Shown here: positions 59,141 through 64,000 of the stretch, piece by piece
Position numbering within the stretch: position 1 is the stretch's first letter
Layout of the letters: each line of letters begins with the position of its first letter
Source of the DNA: the human T2T-CHM13v2.0 reference genome, Homo sapiens
NCBI GenBank assembly: GCA_009914755.4
Contig: CP068257.2
Span: forward strand, 21,024,001-21,088,000
DNA length: 64,000 nt
Direction: 5' to 3'
Translations under genes and position numbers: made by a program
Notes under the pieces: model-generated
Database searches by the model: none
Seen by the model: only the letters and a program-made list of their open reading frames with translations
What the model was told of the DNA's origin: nothing

Positions 59141-60082
59141 ACACATCTCTTCATATTTCAATACCCATTCCCAATACAAACACTAAGATTACACCTGCAG
59201 TTGACTTTTTTGTTCCAGCCCCCTGCAGGGTTACAAATTGGGCATGCTTGGTTCATCTGGGCATGCTCAAGCTATGTGACCTGAAACCTGGGGGTCCACT
59301 GCACTGAAAAACAACTCATCATTTTGTGACATTTTGCTACTAAAAAAGTTGAGCCATATTGGTTCTGTGGTTATCAATCTCCTCATATTTTTTATTCTTC
59401 AATTTTGAGGGAAAGGGGGTGACAACTGCTCTAGTGACTTCTTTATAATTAGAGGCATGAATACAGGTTAGAGGAATGAAACTGTTTATCATTTCCTTGT
59501 AAAGGTTTTCTAGTAAGAAAAATTATTTTTAGTTTTAATTGGTTAACACAGCTGAGTTCTGATTGGTCTATAGGTGAGCCATGATAGGCCAAGGCAGAAG
59601 AGCTATGATTGGTTGATTCAACACAATCATGGTGGGGGTCTCTTGTGACCTTTGTTAGAAAAGACTAGAACAATTTTAAAGAGGCGCCAAATGCTTAGCC
59701 TTAATATAAGGAAAATCATGAAGTCATGTAAGGTAGAATGCAGAAGTGATCCAATACCAGTGGGAAGCCTGCTAAACATATCTGAAAACTCGACCTTTAA
59801 CCCAGGAAGCCTAGCCAGAAGGCTTTCTAAAGCTGTTTCTACTTATATAAATAAAATAAGAATACTCATAAGTAGTTTTTGAATTTTGGAGGAATCAAGT
59901 AGAAATAAAAAGCAAATGCCCCCACCTTTGTTCACAAAATGATACTTTACCTAATAATTGCAAACTATTAAAATAGATATAAAAATAGATAACTTTTGAA
60001 AGAAAATTCCTTGAATCTAGAAAACAATCTTTTAAGGGAGAACTAACATTTTGAATACAGTCTTAAAAATGTTGTTCCTATT

Positions 60083-60402
<320 letters not shown>

Positions 60403-60671
60403 TTAATTTCATGTAATTAATTTTGTTTTGCTCTAATCAAAACTGCTATTTTGATTAGCAGTTCCATGAAAAGCAATTTTGGACCACAGCTGATTGCATA
60501 TGTTTCCAGAGAATTTAAAACAATAACTGTGGATGACAATAAAACAGAACAACCATAGTAAAAAAATCTAATAAAAATTTACAATTGACAGGAAAATTTA
60601 GGTATATCTGTGGATACAAACATTTTTAATCATAATCATAATAATTGAATATAATAATCATAATCTGATAA

Positions 60672-60940
<269 letters not shown>

Positions 60941-62489
60941 TATTTTTAATGTGAAATCTCAATATTTACAGGCTGTTATAATTTCTATTAATTATTGCCA
61001 ACTAAGTCATACAGCAAATTTCTTTCACAAATTCTCTTTCACAATCCTTATCATGACTTACACAGATCATTTATGGCGTGCTTTGACTTTCTGCTTTGTA
61101 CTATATGTGTTTTTTGAAGAGCCAATCATTTTACTCCAGGACAGAAATTTACCACACAAGATTTTTTCTCATATAAAATTATTATCTTCTATTCTTAACC
61201 TTTCTTACCAAAAACACATCTTTACATCCATGTGTTACCCCAAACCAGTTTTTCATTACTGTTTGCCGGCAAATATTTACAGCTATTCCCATCAAATCGA
61301 CAACATTAGACTAGTCCCATTCACCAAAACATTTATAACTTATGTGAACTTGAAAAGCAGTTGGCTTATTTGCTTAGTGTATAAATACCCATTTATTTAT
61401 AAGCCACTTTGGTACCAGAGACAATACACAAACAGATATGTATATAGACAGGCACAATAAAGTTTTTATCCTTGTGGGAAATATCAGTGGAGCTAATGAA
61501 ATATGGAGGAACCCCCAGGTCGCATCATTCCTAGTCACTATCTGCAAACTGACATTTGGTGGGGGTGATTGGCAGGGTTCCTTCTCTACCTGTAGGGTAT
61601 AGTTAGAACATTTCTACTTCCAAAGGCCCTCTTGTTTACAATATGCACGTTATTGTAGCCCAAAGGCTGGGTAGCTTTTTACCTGGGCAGTTGAGCCCCA
61701 GGGATCTTACATATGGCCATTTGTTTTCTTCAGCAAACAGCTTTTTGTGTCCTGGCAGGGACTCGTCATGACCAAGAGCTATGAAGAGGAGCATAGTTTA
61801 TTGTCTCACGTCACATTATTTTTGCCTTTCCTGGATTTGGTTATGGCTGTTATTTAAATATTTTAAAGGCAATCTCAATCTATCGAGACACTGGGATCCC
61901 CAATTCCCCTTCTACTCTTTGCAGTATGTTTTTTTCTTATATCAAAGGTACTCTGACTGATAAAAGTTATATTAAGCAGTCTCATGTTACCTGAGTATTC
62001 ACAGTCAATGCCAGTATATTGCCTTAGACTTCAAAGACTCTCTCAAGAAAGCCAGAGGGATTTTCTTTTGGCCCCTGTTATACTTGTATGACTAGTGCCA
62101 CTACAGTCCTGCTAAAATTAATGTTCCCCATTTTGTGCAGAGCTGGAGCAAGACCCTGCACTAGAGAGGTGTTTTGGGTCTGTGGTGTGGTGTTCATGGG
62201 AATTCCTTCCCAGAGAATCACCAATGGGCCACATATCTCCTCTTATGCATCTCAGAGGGTCCCTAACATCAGGTGGTGTTGGGTTGCTTAAGATGCCGGG
62301 GTGACTGGTCATCGTATGTGCACCTTCCTGATAAGCAGTTAAAGTTCTGTCTGACTCAGGAATGGGGTATGTGCTGGTGGGATTTCCTAAAGGACCACTT
62401 CATGTCACAGGCCATAAAACCTCAACATGTTACTAGTGGAAGGTATCCCCATTACTGGCAGTGAATCCGTATATATCTGCAGCAACTTC

Positions 62490-63215
62490 AATTCTTGCCT
62501 CCTCAGAAGAAAGAATTTGACTGAGGGGCATAAGGATGAAGTAAGACCAAGGCAAGTTTCAGCACAGGAGTGAAAGTTTATTAAAAAGACTTTAGAACAG
62601 GAAAAAAGGAAGATTCACTTGGAAGGGACCCAAGTGGGCACCTGAAGGTCAAGGGCATTTAACCTTGATCCTAGGACTTTATAGACTCACCTCTTTCCCA
62701 TGATTATTTCCTTAGAGTGGGCTTCCTGCATGCATAGAGTCTCTTCCTGCCCTTGGGTAGTGAGCACGTGCAGTGTGTTGAGGAAGATGTATGCATGGCC
62801 ATCTGAGGCTTTCTTCCCTTTTCTGGTGGAGTATCCCCAGAAGGTCATACTTTGCCATTTTGTCTCTTAGTGCACATGCCCAGGAAGCTGCTTCCCCGTG
62901 GCATCTGCGTTCAATTAACACATTAATGTTAACATCTGTGGATCATCAGGAGATTGTCTCTCCCTGGCACCCAGGCCCCAGTGCCCGCTGCTGAATTACC
63001 GGTGTTAGGCAGGCAGTGTGATAATTGTTGAACCATCACCTGACATTTCTAGTGGGTGGGAAATAAGAGCCCTCTGCTGCCATGCCCATGCCTATCTAAC
63101 TGCCTGTAATAAACACTTTGCTGGGCTCCTAGTCACCTAGGAACAGCCTAAAAGGGCCCAGGGGAGCAGAGCAATGTCTCTCGGGAGTCTAAGGACCCTC
63201 ATCTAGATAATTTTT
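62490..63215 (+). mobile_element. LTR-like segment (possible ERV R/U5 with AATAAA), unclassified
   Basis: ctgcctgtaataaacactttgctgggctcctagtcacctagg with AATAAA at 63108-63113. GC-richer than the flanks. Low confidence. Confidence 0.25.
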
Positions 63216-63689
63216 TAATTAGGCCGCTACTATGAACACCAAGGTTTTAACCATTGTTAAGTCAAATATAGTTACACACACTAAAGACACAAACACAGAC
63301 AAGCAGAAGTCAAAATTAAACCAACCTGAGTACCTCAGTGATTACAGCATTTTATTATCACTCTTATTCTTTGGGAATCTAACCTCAAACAGATTCAGGA
63401 TGCTAATCAGACCAGGATCCCAATAGGGTGGGACTAGAACCCAAAATTCCTATGATGAAACCTTTGACAATTTATGATATAGGCACATATTAGTGAAGTA
63501 CTCATCCCCAAGACATCTAAGCCAGAAGCACTTTCTTTTTCCCAAATAAGAAAGTAGTACTGCTGAGCCTGAACTGTCGCAGCAGAGAATCAGTGATGTC
63601 TCAGTCAATCCCCTAGATAAAACTGTTCTAGGTGGCCATTCTGTCAGTGAAGGGGGCCTACAACACTTCAAGAGGCTACATTGCCACAG

Positions 63690-64000
63690 GCAGATTTTTG
63701 TACCATTTGGGTTGCAAAAAATGTTACCAAGAATGGGCTTGCTGCCTAATACTTGGAAGCCCATACTATGGTGTTGGCTTTTAAGAAAAGAAAAAAGCTT
63801 TATTGTGGAGTCAACTGGCAACAAGACAGGAGGCAATGCTCATATCACTATCCTTCAGCTGGGATCTAGGGGCAAATTTATAGATAGTAACAATGGAAGA
63901 GATAGAAAAATGCAATGAGGCATGATCTATTAGAATATGCAAAGAGGCATATTCTAATATGCCTTGGCTCCTAAGTACCTCCTGCAACAAAACAGGGTAC
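63690..64000 (+). repeat. Unclassified interspersed repeat, copy B (homolog of 58840-59140), truncated by window end
   Basis: ...cccatactatggtgttggcttttaagaaaagaaaaaagctttattgtggagtcaactggcaacaagacaggaggcaatgctc...gatagtaacaatggaagagatagaaaaatgcaatgaggcatgatct... aligns to copy A. Confidence 0.5.

Noticed and set aside
60951-61460. 169-aa ORF in unique sequence
   Set aside because: The frame is extremely AT-rich with skewed I/Y/F/L/K/N composition and no Kozak-like start. No splice-site or CpG context. This is typical of stop-codon-poor frames in AT-rich DNA, so it is not called as a gene.

Overview
This window reads as primate, most likely human, nuclear DNA from an AT-rich, gene-poor stretch that is intergenic or deep intronic. 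I found no convincing protein-coding exon, RNA gene, CpG island or operon-like structure. It is not prokaryotic, so CRISPR or defence-island logic does not apply. Transposable-element remnants make up well over half the sequence. There are about 20 Alu SINEs, many with intact target-site duplications (TSDs). There are at least five THE1/MST-type MaLR LTR elements, including one full-length 2.3 kb LTR-internal-LTR copy. Several L1 pieces are present: a young twin-primed L1PA 3' end, and a roughly 4 kb L1 abutting an older L1. A solo LTR has split an older Alu, and there are ERV-like LTR and pol remnants plus simple repeats. Nearly every ORF in the supplied track falls inside these repeats (Alu read-through, L1 ORF1/ORF2 fragments, MaLR internal sequence, purine or pyrimidine microsatellites). 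The observations most worth a second look are listed under findings. All family assignments are from by-eye recognition of consensus-like strings. Coordinates are good to about 10 bp, and subfamily names are tentative.
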